From contig JABVCE010000005.1 of NCBI GenBank assembly GCA_014905635.1, positions 496,001 through 560,000 on the forward strand: a stretch of 64,000 nt of DNA, read 5' to 3'. This stretch comes from Scenedesmus sp. PABB004. Lineage: Eukaryota. Each line of letters starts with the position of its first letter. The first letter of the stretch is position 1. Shown piece after piece: positions 25,782 to 39,615 of this stretch. The notes below the pieces were generated by a model. It worked only from the letters and a program-made list of their open reading frames with translations, made no database searches and was not told the DNA's origin. A program made the position numbers and the translations under genes.

Positions 25782-25786
25782 TGTAA
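25782..25786 (+). promoter_or_regulatory. Candidate TGTAA poly(A) signal of PYROXD1
   Basis: TGTAA about 85 nt after the stop at 25696. Confidence 0.6.
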
Positions 25787-26032
25787 CTGACTGGCCGCCC
25801 GCCGCGCCGCCGCGCGGGGGGGCCACTTGCGCCGCGCCGCGCCGCCTCCGCGCGCGCGCGCGCCACGCCAATCGCAACCGCGCCACAACCGCAGCTCATG
25901 CTCTCGCTCTCTCCCTCGTGCTGTGCTGTGCCTAGTGTACATTGCGGGCCGGCGCCGGCTGCGCGCCCCAGCCCTGCCAGCCTGCAGCTGTACGCGGCGC
26001 GCCTGCAGCGCCCGCTGCCCGCTAGGAGAGGC

Positions 26033-27283
26033 TCAGGCGAGGAAGGCCGACGCGAGAGCGAGCGCTGCTATGCCAAACGTCGACACCAGGACCCCGGGCG
26101 AGCCAAAGCTCTGCGACGTGGGGCCGGCGGCGCGGCGCGGCGGGCGGCGGGGCGTGGGCGTCGCGGCCGGCGCCGCGCGCGGCTGCGCGGTGCCGCGCGG
26201 CCGGGCGCGCCCGCGCCCGCGCCGCGCGCGCACCCCCAGCGGCACGATGTCGACGCGCAGCCACGCGTTGAGGCCGGCGCCCAGCAGGATGCCCGCGACC
26301 ATCGCGCCCAGCGACAGCCCCACGGCGCGGCCTGGCGGCGGGCGGGCGGGCTCGGGCGCCGCGCCGCTGCCCGGCGCCGCGCGCCTGCCCCCCCCCCTCC
26401 CGCCCCACACCCCCGTGCGCGCCGCCCGCCCAGCGCCACGCGGCCGGCCGGCGCGCGCGCGCACCCAGCGGGAGGCGCTTGAACTCGCGAAAGCCATAGA
26501 CAGCAAACGCGAGCGCCGCCGCGAGCTGCAGCCCCGCGGTGTCCGCCGCCTGCGCGTCGGGCGTCTCCAGCAGCGCCCCCGCGACCGACCAGGTCGCGAG
26601 CCCCGCAAACACCGCCGCCTGCCCCGCCGCGACGCTCTGCTTCGCCGGCGCGACGCTGATGCCGCCGCCCGGCAGCTTCTGCAGCAGCGACGGCTGCGCC
26701 GCCGACGCGCCCTGCGTCCTCCGGCGGCGCGGGCCGGCGTCGGCGGCGGGCGCGCGCGGCGGCGGCGGCGCCGCCGCGCGCGCGGCCGGCCCGGGCCCGG
26801 GGCGCCGCACCGCGCTCGAGCGCTTGCGCGTGGGCGTCACGTCGGCGAAGCGCACGCTGCTGGGCACGGTGGAGGGGCTGGCGATGCGGCGCTTCATGCT
26901 CTGCATGAACAGCACGTCGTACGCCGCCTCGATCTGGCGAGGGCGGCGGCGGCGCGGCGCGCGCGCATGGCGCGCGTGGCGCTGCGGCAGCAGCGGCGCT
27001 GCCGAGCCAGCGGCGCCGCCTCCCCGCGCCCCCGCACCTCCATTTGCCGCTCCTGGTCGCCCGAGCTGGCTGCGAGCTGCTTGTTCTTGGCCGCGAGAAT
27101 GCTGTCGAAGCCCGTGGAGGCGCCGGGAGAGATGCCCAACACCTTCATCGCGTCCTCGAGCGAGAGGCTCGCCGGCCCCTCGCCATCGTCGGCGCTGGCG
27201 CGGAGCGGGCGCACCACCGGCCGGACGCGCGCGCCCGGCGCGAGCCGGGGCTGCAGCCGCGCGTGGGCAGCTCGGAGGTGCAT
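26033..27283 (-). CDS. CPP1: Chaperone-like protein of POR1 (CPP1/CDF1, DUF3353 J-like domain), chloroplast, multi-exon
   Basis: Transit peptide, AMKVLGISPGASTGFDSILAAKNKQLA, IEAAYDVLFMQSMKRR, VPSSVRFAD, TM helices and WLRVDIVPLG. Confidence 0.85.
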
Positions 27284-27745
27284 TTTGAGGGCCTCCCGCG
27301 TTCGGGGTTGCACCGCTTGCCGAGCGCGGGTGGCCCTGAGCAGCAGGAGGCGGGCGGCAAGCAGCCTGTCGTGGCGGGGCGGCTGTGAGCAGCGGGCTGC
27401 GTGGGCTGCGGGCGGTGCGACCAGCAGCAGGTCTTGGCGGCGCGGCGTGTTTGTTAGATGGTATCGCCCCACTCCCGTCCGCGCCGCCACACCGCCCAGC
27501 ACAACAGGAGCAGCCGCAGGAGCGGGAGGCTGCCGACGGCGACGGAGCACGCGCCGGCAGCAGCGCGACCGCCCACGCCGCGTGGCGCGCCACGCCGCCA
27601 GCGTGCCCTTCCGCGCCTGGCTCGCCCGCCCGGGCGCACGGCAGGCGCCTGATCCTCAGCGGCGAGCGCCGCGCGCCGCCGCGCGCGCGCCGGCCGGCGA
27701 TCGGCGGGTGCCCAACCGCCGCCCGGAGGCAGCAGCAGCGGCGCC

Positions 27746-30615
<2,870 letters not shown>

Positions 30616-30641
30616 CCCCGGTCAGCTCGGCGCACGAGCGC

Positions 30642-30646
30642 TGTAA
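30642..30646 (+). promoter_or_regulatory. Candidate TGTAA poly(A) signal of the Sec23-like gene
   Basis: TGTAA 26 nt after the stop. Confidence 0.55.
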
Positions 30647-31569
30647 CCTCACGCACCGGCCGCCCGGGCAGCTGCGCGCGGCTCTCTGCTGGGCTCGGCA
30701 CACTGCGCTCGTTTTACCAGCCGCCGCCCTCCTCACCAACGAAAGAACACGGCGCGGAGCGCAACGCAAGAGCACCAGAGCGAGTGCGCGCGCCGCCGCC
30801 GCCGCCCCCGCCGCCGCAGCCATGCCCTGCACGGGCCGCCGCAGGCTGCCGCTCGCGCGCGGGCGGGACGGCAGGGCGGCGCTGCCGGGCGGGTCGCCGT
30901 CAGGCCGGGCAGGCGCGCGGCCGCGGGCGCGCCTCCACACCGCGCCCGCGGCCGCGGCGCCTCGGCAGTCGCCGCGGTCGTCAAAACCCTTGGGACCGGC
31001 CCGCGCGGCGGCGGGCGGCCGGCGCGTCGCCGTGCGAGGTCGCGCGGGGCACGCGATACCTCGCGCCTGCCGCGCGCAACAGCCGGCCGGCCCGATCCGA
31101 GGCCGCCGCGCTGCCGCGGCCGGCCGCCGCGCGTGTGTCAATGTCGCGGGCCCGCCCGCCCAAGTGCAGGAGGATGCCCTCGCCGCCCCAAGCAGTGCGC
31201 TGGTCGGCTGCCCCCCGCCCAGCCCGTCCCGCGCGCCGGCTGCCGCCACGGGGCCCGCCGGCCCGCAGGCGCCCGCGGCGGCTCGCCGGCGCAGCAGCAG
31301 CGCGGCAGGGCGGTGGCGCCCTGTACACGCGCCCCTCCCCGCCAGGCCGTGGGCAGCCACCGACGAATGAGACGCGACCCCCTCCTTTCACGAGCGGCGC
31401 CCCGCGCCGGACCCCGTCCCGCCGAGCCACCCCGCCGAGCGCCCGGGGCCGCGCCGCAGGCCGTGCGGCGCCCGCGCCCACGCTGCCGACAGGCCGCCGC
31501 GCCGCGCGCCCCCGGCAGCGCCTGCTGCCGCTCGCACGCAGCCCGCCGCCCGCCGCGGGGCGGGCGCCG

Positions 31570-34500
31570 CTACTTTGCCGCGTTGGCCGCCGCGTTGCGC
31601 ATCATGTTGGCATACGCCATGCGCCGCTTGCTCTCGATGTGCGCCGTCTGGCGGCGCCGCAGCTCCTTGAGCTCGCTGCGCGGCGCGGCGCGCGCGCGGG
31701 GGCGGCGCGTGAGCGTGCGCCGTATGGCGGCGGCGGCAGACCCGCGAGCGGCGCGCCGCGCGCGGCGCACGGCGCGCGGCGCGCGCACCGGCAGCGCGGC
31801 ACGGGGCAGTCGCTCGTGGTGCAGCTCTTGGCGTGCAGGTTGAGCAGGCACCACATCTTCTTGCACAGCACACAGCCGCCGGTGACCTTCTGCTGGCACT
31901 GCACCGCGTGCTGGAAGAGCGCGCGCACCTTACGGCAGCTCGTCGACCCGCACGCGGGGTTGTGGCAGCTGCACGCGTGCACGAGCAGCGCGAGCGTCTT
32001 CTGCAGCTGCTGGTTGCGCTCGTTGCGCTCCTGCTCCGTGAGCCGCGTCTTCATCTCGTCGCGGCCCGCAAAGTTGGTCGTCGCCTGCGCGCCCGGGCGG
32101 CGCCGCGCGCCGCGTCGGCACGCCGCCCCCCGGCTGCGCCGCCGCGCCGCGCTCGCCGCCGCGCTCGCCGCGTCGCGGCCGCCGCGCCGCCGCCGCGTGA
32201 ATCTCACCACCATGGGGTGCTCGTGGCGCATGCCCGCGGCCTTGCAGTTCTTGCACATGTCAAAGTCGGAGCACACGGTGCAGCGCAGCCCGGTGCCGGG
32301 CTCGATCTCGACGTGGCAGAAGTTGCAGGTGCTGCTGAACGCGGGGGCCTCGGGGTTGTGCAGGTGGTACAGCACCATCATGCTGCTGTGCTTCGCGCGG
32401 CGCAGGCTGTCAAACTGGTAGTGGTTGCCCTGCGGTGAGTGAGTGAGAGCGTCGGCGGGCGAGTGCGCGAGTGCGCGGGCGGGCGGGGGGTTGTGAGAGA
32501 GGAGCGGTCCCGGTTGTGAAAGGGCGGCGGGCGGCGACGCGCGGCGGCGGGCCGGGCGTGGCGCCTGCGCCTGCACGCGCGCGGCCGCACCTGGCAGAGC
32601 GAGAGGAAGGCCTGCCGCGTCTCGAAGAACTCGCTGCCCACGTCGGGGTCGCGGTCCTGCGCGAGCTGCGTCGGCGGCACGACCTGCGACCGCGCGCACG
32701 CGGAGCGGGGCCGGGCGCCGCGCGTGATGGGTGAGCTCGGGCGCCGGCGGCGGCGGCGGCGGCGCGCAGGCCGCGGCCGCGCAGGCACCGCACACAAGCA
32801 CACGCACACGCACACACAGGCCCGCACCGTCTGCGTGAGCTCCATGAGCCCGAGGCCCCCGGCAGGCGGCTCTTCTGCCCGCTCGCGACGCGCGCCGCCT
32901 CGGTCGCGTAGCAGTCGGCGCAGATCTGCAGGTGCTGCAGCGGCCCGCTCGGCGCGCTCGGGCCGGCGCCCTCGAGGCGGATGCCCTCGAACCGCCGCTC
33001 GCTCGGCGCGGGGCGCGACAGCATGGAGCTGCCGCCGGGGCCGGCGGGGATGTACCTGCGGCGCGCGCGGCGGCGCGCGCGTGGGCCTCGGGCGCGCGGG
33101 GCATGCACGCGCGCGCGCGCGCCAGCCGCCGCAGCCGCCCGCGCCGGCGGCGCACTTGTGCAGCACGCCGCCGCCGGGGATGTGCTTGCGGCAGAAGCTG
33201 CACGGCTCGGCGAGGTGCACCACGATGAAGTCCTCGCGCATGTTGCCGCCCAGGATCTCGCCGAGCCGGCCGAGCAGCTGCTCGTCGGCGGAGCCCGCGC
33301 CGTAGCGCTTGCCCTTGGAGCCGCCGCCGCCCTTGCGCCCGCCGCCGCCGCCGGGGCCGCCGATGGAGAGCAGCAGGTTCTCCGCCTCGCCCGGCCAGTA
33401 GTCGCCCTCGAGGTAGGGGATGGCCGTCACGCTGCACTTGTCGACCCTGGGCGCGTGTGCGTGTGTGGGGCGAGGGTTTAGGGCGAGGGTTCAGGGCGCG
33501 TGAGCAGGCGCATGAGAGCACGCGGCGCGTGAGAGCACGTGCGTGAGCACGCCGCGCGCCGCGCCGCCGCGGCGCGCCGCCGCGTGAGCGCGCGCCTGTG
33601 GTCGCGGCCGCCCTCGAAGAAGGTGTCCCACAGCGTCGTGATGTGCGCGACGCTGCCCTCCTCGCGCGCCTTGCGCAGCATGTCGTGGTACCTGGCGGTG
33701 TGTGGGGCGGGGGGGAGAGGCAGGCCCGCGTGGGCGCCTGCCTGCCGCGGCGCGGCGCGGCGCGCCACGCCGCGCCGGGCGCGCACACGCGCCGCGAGCG
33801 CAGCCCCGCGCCGCCCACCAGGAGCGCAGGCGGTCGCTGCGCGGCGTCTTCTGCTTGCTGGGGTGGCAGTAGAGGATGTAGTCGTCGCCCTGCGTTGGGG
33901 CGGAGCAGGCGGGCGGGCGGTTAGTGTGGTTTGTGCTTGGCTGGCGGTTTTGGCGGTCGGCGGTTTTGCGCGCGCGCGCGACGCGGGCAGGCGCCCAGGC
34001 GTGCGCGGCGCGCGGCGGCGGCGCGCGGCGCGGCAGGTCGCACCGCGAGCGGCGGGCAGGCCCAGATGTACATCTGCTCGAAGCCGAGGCTCTTCACGTA
34101 CGCGAGGTAGCCCTGCAGCAGCTGGTGGTACACAAACGTGCGCAGGCTGATGCCGTTGGCCGCCGGCACCTCGGGCCTGCGCGGCCGCGGCGGCGGCGGC
34201 GGCGGCGCGCGTCGGCCAGCGGCGTGTGTCGACGCGTGCCGGCCAGCGGCCGCGGGGGCCGGCCCCAGCCATGCCAAGTAGCCGGGCGGACAAGGCAGGC
34301 GCGGGCGCGGCGCGGCGCGGCGTGGGAGCCCCGCTCGCCTGAAGTACTTGACGCTGTCGATGTAGCTGAGGTACACGCAGTTGCGGTTGGGCGGCGCCGC
34401 GTCGGGGCCGTACTCCTGCACGTACCTGCGCGGGCGGGGGGAGCGGGCGCGCGCGCGGGGCACCCGGCCGTCGTCGGCGGCGGCGGCGGCGGCCTCCCTC

Positions 34501-36313
34501 TCCCCCTGTGCACAGCCCGCCCCGCCGCCGCCACCAGCGCCGCGCCGCCGCCGCGCCGCCGCGCCGCGCTGTGTGCCGCGCCGCGCTGTGTGCCGCGCCG
34601 CGCTGCGCGTGCGGCGCACATGCAGTAGAGCGCGACGTCGACGCCGTCGATCTTCTGGAACAGCAGCACGACGCGCTGGCGGTAGATGAAGGCCTCGGGG
34701 TAGCCGTCGCCGCGGAAGGTCTCGCCAAACTTGGTCTTGACCTCGCACTTCTTGATGACGTTGTTGATCACGCGGATGGTCAGGCCCTCCGCGCTCGGGA
34801 CCTCCCAGTACTGCTTGCCCTGCGGCGGGGGGCGCGGTGGCGGCGGCGCGGGGCCGTCGGGGCGGGCCGGGGCGGGGCCGTCGCGGCGGCGCGCGGCGGC
34901 CGCGGACGAGCACGCGGGGCGCGCGCGCACCTGCATCATCGCGCGCTGCTGGCGGTCCTGCTCGAGCGCGGCGCGCACGCGCGCCTCCAGCAGCTGGCTG
35001 AGGTTGTTCTGCGGCAGGTCCTTGGCCTCCAGCATCGCCTGCGGCCGCACCGTGATGCGCTCGCGCTGCCCGCGCTCCAGGCCCTGCACGCGCGGCCGCG
35101 GCGGCGGCGGCGGCGGTGAGGCGGCGGCGGCGGCGGCGCGCGCGCGCGCGCGTGGCGTGACCGCGCGCGTCGCCCACGCGCGGCCGCGCGCGCGCCGCGG
35201 GGCCGCACCAGGATGAGGCACTTGGGGCAGAGGTAGTGCACGTTCTGGTCGTTGCGGCCCTTGTTGAAGAGGCCGCAGATCTGGTGCACCCACGCCTCGC
35301 ATGCGTCGCACTGCACCCAGCCCTCCTCGATCTCGTCGTCGTTCTTCTTCTTCTGCAGGTCCGCCTTGCGCACCATGCCCATCTGGTGGGGAGAGAGGCG
35401 CAGGGGCGACGGCGTGCGGGGGCGCGCGGGGGCGCGCGGGGGCGTCGTGGGCCGCGGACCGGCCGCGGCGCGCGCGCGCGGCAGGCGCCGGGCGTGGCGC
35501 CGCCGTCGCGCCTGCCGCCGCCGCCGCTGCGCCTGCCGCCGCCTGCCGCTGCGCCTGCCGCCGCTGGGCCTGCCGGCGCCGCCGCACCTGGCTGCCCTCC
35601 CAGGGGATCTTGTCGCCCTTGTGCTCGCTGAGGCACGAGTGGCACCAGAAGCCGCGGAAGTCGCAGCCCGGCTCGAGCAGCGTGCAGTGGTACGTCTGCC
35701 CGCGCTTGATGCGCTGCCCGCACTGCGTGCAGTAGATGCACGGCGGCTCAAACGTGAGCTTGGTGAGGCCGCAGACCTTGCAGTCGTCGCCGGGGTTGAC
35801 CGGCAGCTGCGCCGCGGTCTTGGTCTGCGCCGCCGCCGACGCGATCGTGTCGAGGTGCGTGCGGATCTCGGTCAGGTCGAAGCACTCCAGCAGCGACGTG
35901 CCCGTGTTCTGTGGCCGCGCAGGCGGGCGCGCGCGCGGGCGCGGGCGGGCGCAGGCGGGCGGGCGGGCGGGCGGGCGGCGGTCGGCGCCGCGCAGCGCGA
36001 GCGGCGCGCGCCCGCGGGCGCCCCCGCCTCGGGGCAGCAGCGCCCGCGCCGCGCCGCGCCGCGCACCTTGGCCAGCAGCTGCGCGTGGCTGGCGCCCTCC
36101 TGCTTTGCGCGCTTGCTCGTGTGCTCGTCCATGCCGGGCCCGCCGTTGGCGAGCGGCACCATGCCCGGGTGGTGGGCCATGCCGCCCGGGTGGGCCATGC
36201 CGCCGGGGCCCATGCCCTGCATGCCCATGCCGCCGTAGCCGGGCGGCCCGCCGCCGTACGGCCCGCCGTACTGCTGCGCGCCGTACTGCTGCGCCTGCGC
36301 CTGCATCGCCGCG

Positions 36314-36346
<33 letters not shown>

Positions 36347-38958
36347 AGCGCCATCATGCCGGGCCCGCCCATCGGCACCATGCCCGGCGGCATGCCCGAC
36401 GGCATCGCCGCCGCCGCGGCGGCGTCCATCATGCCGTTGAGCTGCCGCTTCGCGCCCAGCAGCCCGCCCTGCTGCGCCTGCATGTGCTGCTGCGCCTGCA
36501 TCTGCTGCGCCTGCATCGCCGCGTACTGCGCCTGCATGCCCATGTCGCCCGGCATGGGCTGGCTCAGGCTGCTGCCCGTCGTCTGCGCGCCGCCGGGGCC
36601 GGGCGTGGTGCGCGTCCGCCGCACGTACTCCTTGACCGGCGTGCAGATCGGGCACTGCACGTTCTGCGCGCGGCGACGCGGGCGCGGCGGGCGGGCCGGG
36701 GCGGGTCGGCCGCCGGCGCCGGCGCCGCCGCTGCCGCGGGCGCGCCGCGGGCGCGCCACGCCGCGCCCGCCCCAGCCCGCCCCGCGCGCGCGTGCACGCA
36801 CCTGGCACTTCTGGTGGTGCTTCAGCAGGTCCTTGCTGCTGCTGCAGCGCGCGTAGGTGCACTTTGGGTTGTTGCAGCTGAGAATGTGCGTCCACAGCTC
36901 CTTGCCCACGCGGCAGCTGCGCCCAAACTGGCAGTCAACGTCCGTCTGCTGGCACTTGGCGCAGTGCCGCAGGAAGAGCAACCAGCGCTGCTGCTTCTGG
37001 ATGTACTGCTGCCGGTCCTGCATGTTCTTCTGCACCGCCGGCTGCGCCAGCGCGTCGCCGCCGCCGGCGCCGGCGCCGCCCTGCGCGGCGAAGCCGGCCT
37101 GCCCCTGCGCGCCGCCGCCGTCCAGGCCAAAGTTGCCGCCGGGCGAGCCCGCGCCTGGCCCCATCATGCCTGCAGCGTTGCGCGGGCGGCAGGCGGTGAA
37201 GGGGGCGCGGCGCACGCGAGCGCACGCGCCGCTGATCGCCAGCGCGGCGGCAGCCCTCACCTGGGTTGTCCGGCACGCCCTGCTGCTGCTGCTGCGGCGG
37301 CTGCTGCTGCTGCTGCAGCTGCATCTGCTGCTGCTGCTGCTGCAGCTGGCCCGGCTGCGTCTGCTGCATCTGCTGCCCCGGCGGCGCCTGCTGCATCTGC
37401 AGCGGCTGCAGCGGCTGCTGCGGCAGCTGCGCCTGCAGCTGCGCGTTGCCGCCGCCCAGCGGCTGCATGAGCCCGCCCGTGCCGGGCGTGGGCATCATGC
37501 CGCCGGGGTTGGGCATCATGCCAGCGCCGGGAGTCGGCATCATGCCGCCGCCGCCGCCGCCGCCGCCCTGCAGCATGCCCGCGCTGCTCGGCACCATGCC
37601 GCCCGCGCCCGACGTCGGCACAAAGCCGCCGCCGGCGCCGGCGCCCATCTGCACCGGCATCATGCCGCCCGGCATCATGCCGCCTGCGCGCCGCGCGGTC
37701 GGCGGGTCGGGCGGTGGGCCGGCCGCTCCCAGCGCGCCCCGCGCGCGCGCGCCGCTCTGGCCGGGCCGGCCCCGCCCCGGCGCGCCGCCGCGCGCGATTG
37801 CCGCCCAGCTGCGGCCCCGGCGCCGCCAGGCCGCCGCGCCCCCCTGCGCGTGCGCCGCCGGGCCGCCGCCGCGCCCGCCCGCCGCGCGCGCGCACCTGCG
37901 CTGCCGCCGCCGCCTGCGGCGCCAGAGGTCTGCGATCGAGCGCGCGCGCGGCGCGGGGCGGGGCGGGGCGCGTGGGCGGCCGCCCGGCGCGGCGCGGCGC
38001 CGTGGCGTGCCGGGGGTGCGGTGCGCGCGCCGGCGGCGCCGGCGGCGCGCGCACCGGGATCATGCCGGGCGAGTGCGCCGCCGCTGCCGGCCAGGCCTCG
38101 CCCTTGATCAGCACGGGCGCGCCGTTGCTCATGAGTGTGGAGCTCATGGCGTGCGTGCCGCCCATGGCAGCGACGGGCATCATGCCGGCGGGCTGCTGGA
38201 AGCCCGGGGCGGCCGGGGCCTGCTGCAGTGGCATCCCGTTGGGGAGCGAGGGGGTGCCGCCCTCGCTCTTCACCGGGAGCATGGCGCTGCTGGCGGGGAT
38301 GCCGCCCGGCGCGTTGGGTATGAGCCCGCCGCCCCCGGGGGCCTGCGGGCCCGGGTAGGCGGCCGGCAGCATCAACTGCGGGTTGGCCGCCCCCTCCGGC
38401 CCAGCGCCGGCGCCCTGGCCCGCCTGCTGCTGCTCAGCAGGGCCGCCAGAGAAGCCTCCGTTGCCCTGGCTCCCCGGCCCCGCGCTGGGCGCGCCGGGCG
38501 TGCCGGCCTGGGGTCGCTGCACCAGGGAGCGTGCCACATGCTGCAGCCGGTTCTCCAGCGTCTCAAAGTTGCCGTACTCCTCCTGCGACGCGCGTGGGCG
38601 CCATCGGGACGCCCGCCGCCGGGCGGGCGGGGCCGGCGGCGCCGCGCGGCGCGCCGGGCGCGCGCGCACCTTGCTGCCGGCCTCGCTGAACAGCGCCTGC
38701 TCCAGCCGCTTCACGAAGTCGGGCAGCTTCTCGCTCCAGTTCTGGCCGCCCGTCTTGCGCTGCTGGAACAGCACGTAGCTGCGCGGGCGGGCCGGCGCGG
38801 CGTGAGCAGCGGCGGCGCGGCGCGCCCGTGCCGCCCCCGCCGGCTCGCCCCCGCCCCGGGCCGCCCCGGGCGCGGGCCCGGCGTGTCGCTCACATCTCCT
38901 GGTAGACCTTCGACCGAAGGTCCGTGATGTCCGGGTCCGCCTGCCACGCCTTGGCCAT
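31570..38958 (-). CDS. HAC1: Plant-type CBP/p300 histone acetyltransferase (KIX-like, TAZ, PHD, KAT11, ZZ, TAZ), multi-exon
   Basis: [29 protein letters not shown] (TAZ); [19 protein letters not shown] (PHD); [41 protein letters not shown] (KAT11); [30 protein letters not shown] (ZZ); CPVPRC (TAZ2). ATG at 38958 ([10 protein letters not shown]). Confidence 0.96.
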
Positions 38959-39615
38959 CGCGCCCCACCACCGGCTCCGCTGCTCAGCGCATGCCGGGCT
39001 GCTCGGGACGCGCGGCGGCCGTCACGCCCCCTGGTGTGCCGGGGCCGCGGGAGTGGGCGCCGGGGGCGGAGGGGGCCGCGCACGGCGACGCGGGAGGGCC
39101 GAGCCTGAGCCCGCGTTCTTGCGCGGCCACCCCCACCGCGGACGGGCCCGGACCGGCGTCGGATTGGCTCGGTAAACGATCGCCTACATCAGGGGACGCC
39201 GCCAGCGGGCAGTGCGGCGCTCGGCAGGGCACCCGCGCTCGCGGAGCACGCCCGCGCCCGCCCGCGCGCGTCGGCGGCCACGCGCGGGACGTCCAGGTCC
39301 TGCTCCATGCAGGCGATCCGCCGCCGCGAGCTGCGGGACCGCAGCGCGGCCTGCGGGCCGGCGCGCGACGCGGCGCGCGGCGCGGCGGCGGGCGGCGCGC
39401 GTGCCGGGGCGGCGCGCAGCGCGGCTGCCAGTCGGGCACTGGGCAGCAGAGCTGCGGGCGAGCTGACCGGGACAGCGCCGCTCACACTTGCCGCTCCCGG
39501 CGACCCGTCGCCACCCGACGCCCCGCCGCCCCGCGCGCCACGGGGCGCCGCCGCCCGCTCCGACTCCCCTCCCGCCGCTGCGCCCCGCCCCGGCCGCCCC
39601 CAACTCCAGCTGTGC

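Noticed and set aside
33473..33496. Telomere-like AGGGTTTAGGG...AGGGTTCAGGG in a HAC1 intron
   Set aside because: Only one perfect TTTAGGG unit, too short to call an interstitial telomere.
39189..39485. Small ORF between the HOP stop and the HAC1 start
   Set aside because: No recognisable motif. More likely HOP 3' UTR or HAC1 promoter/leader.
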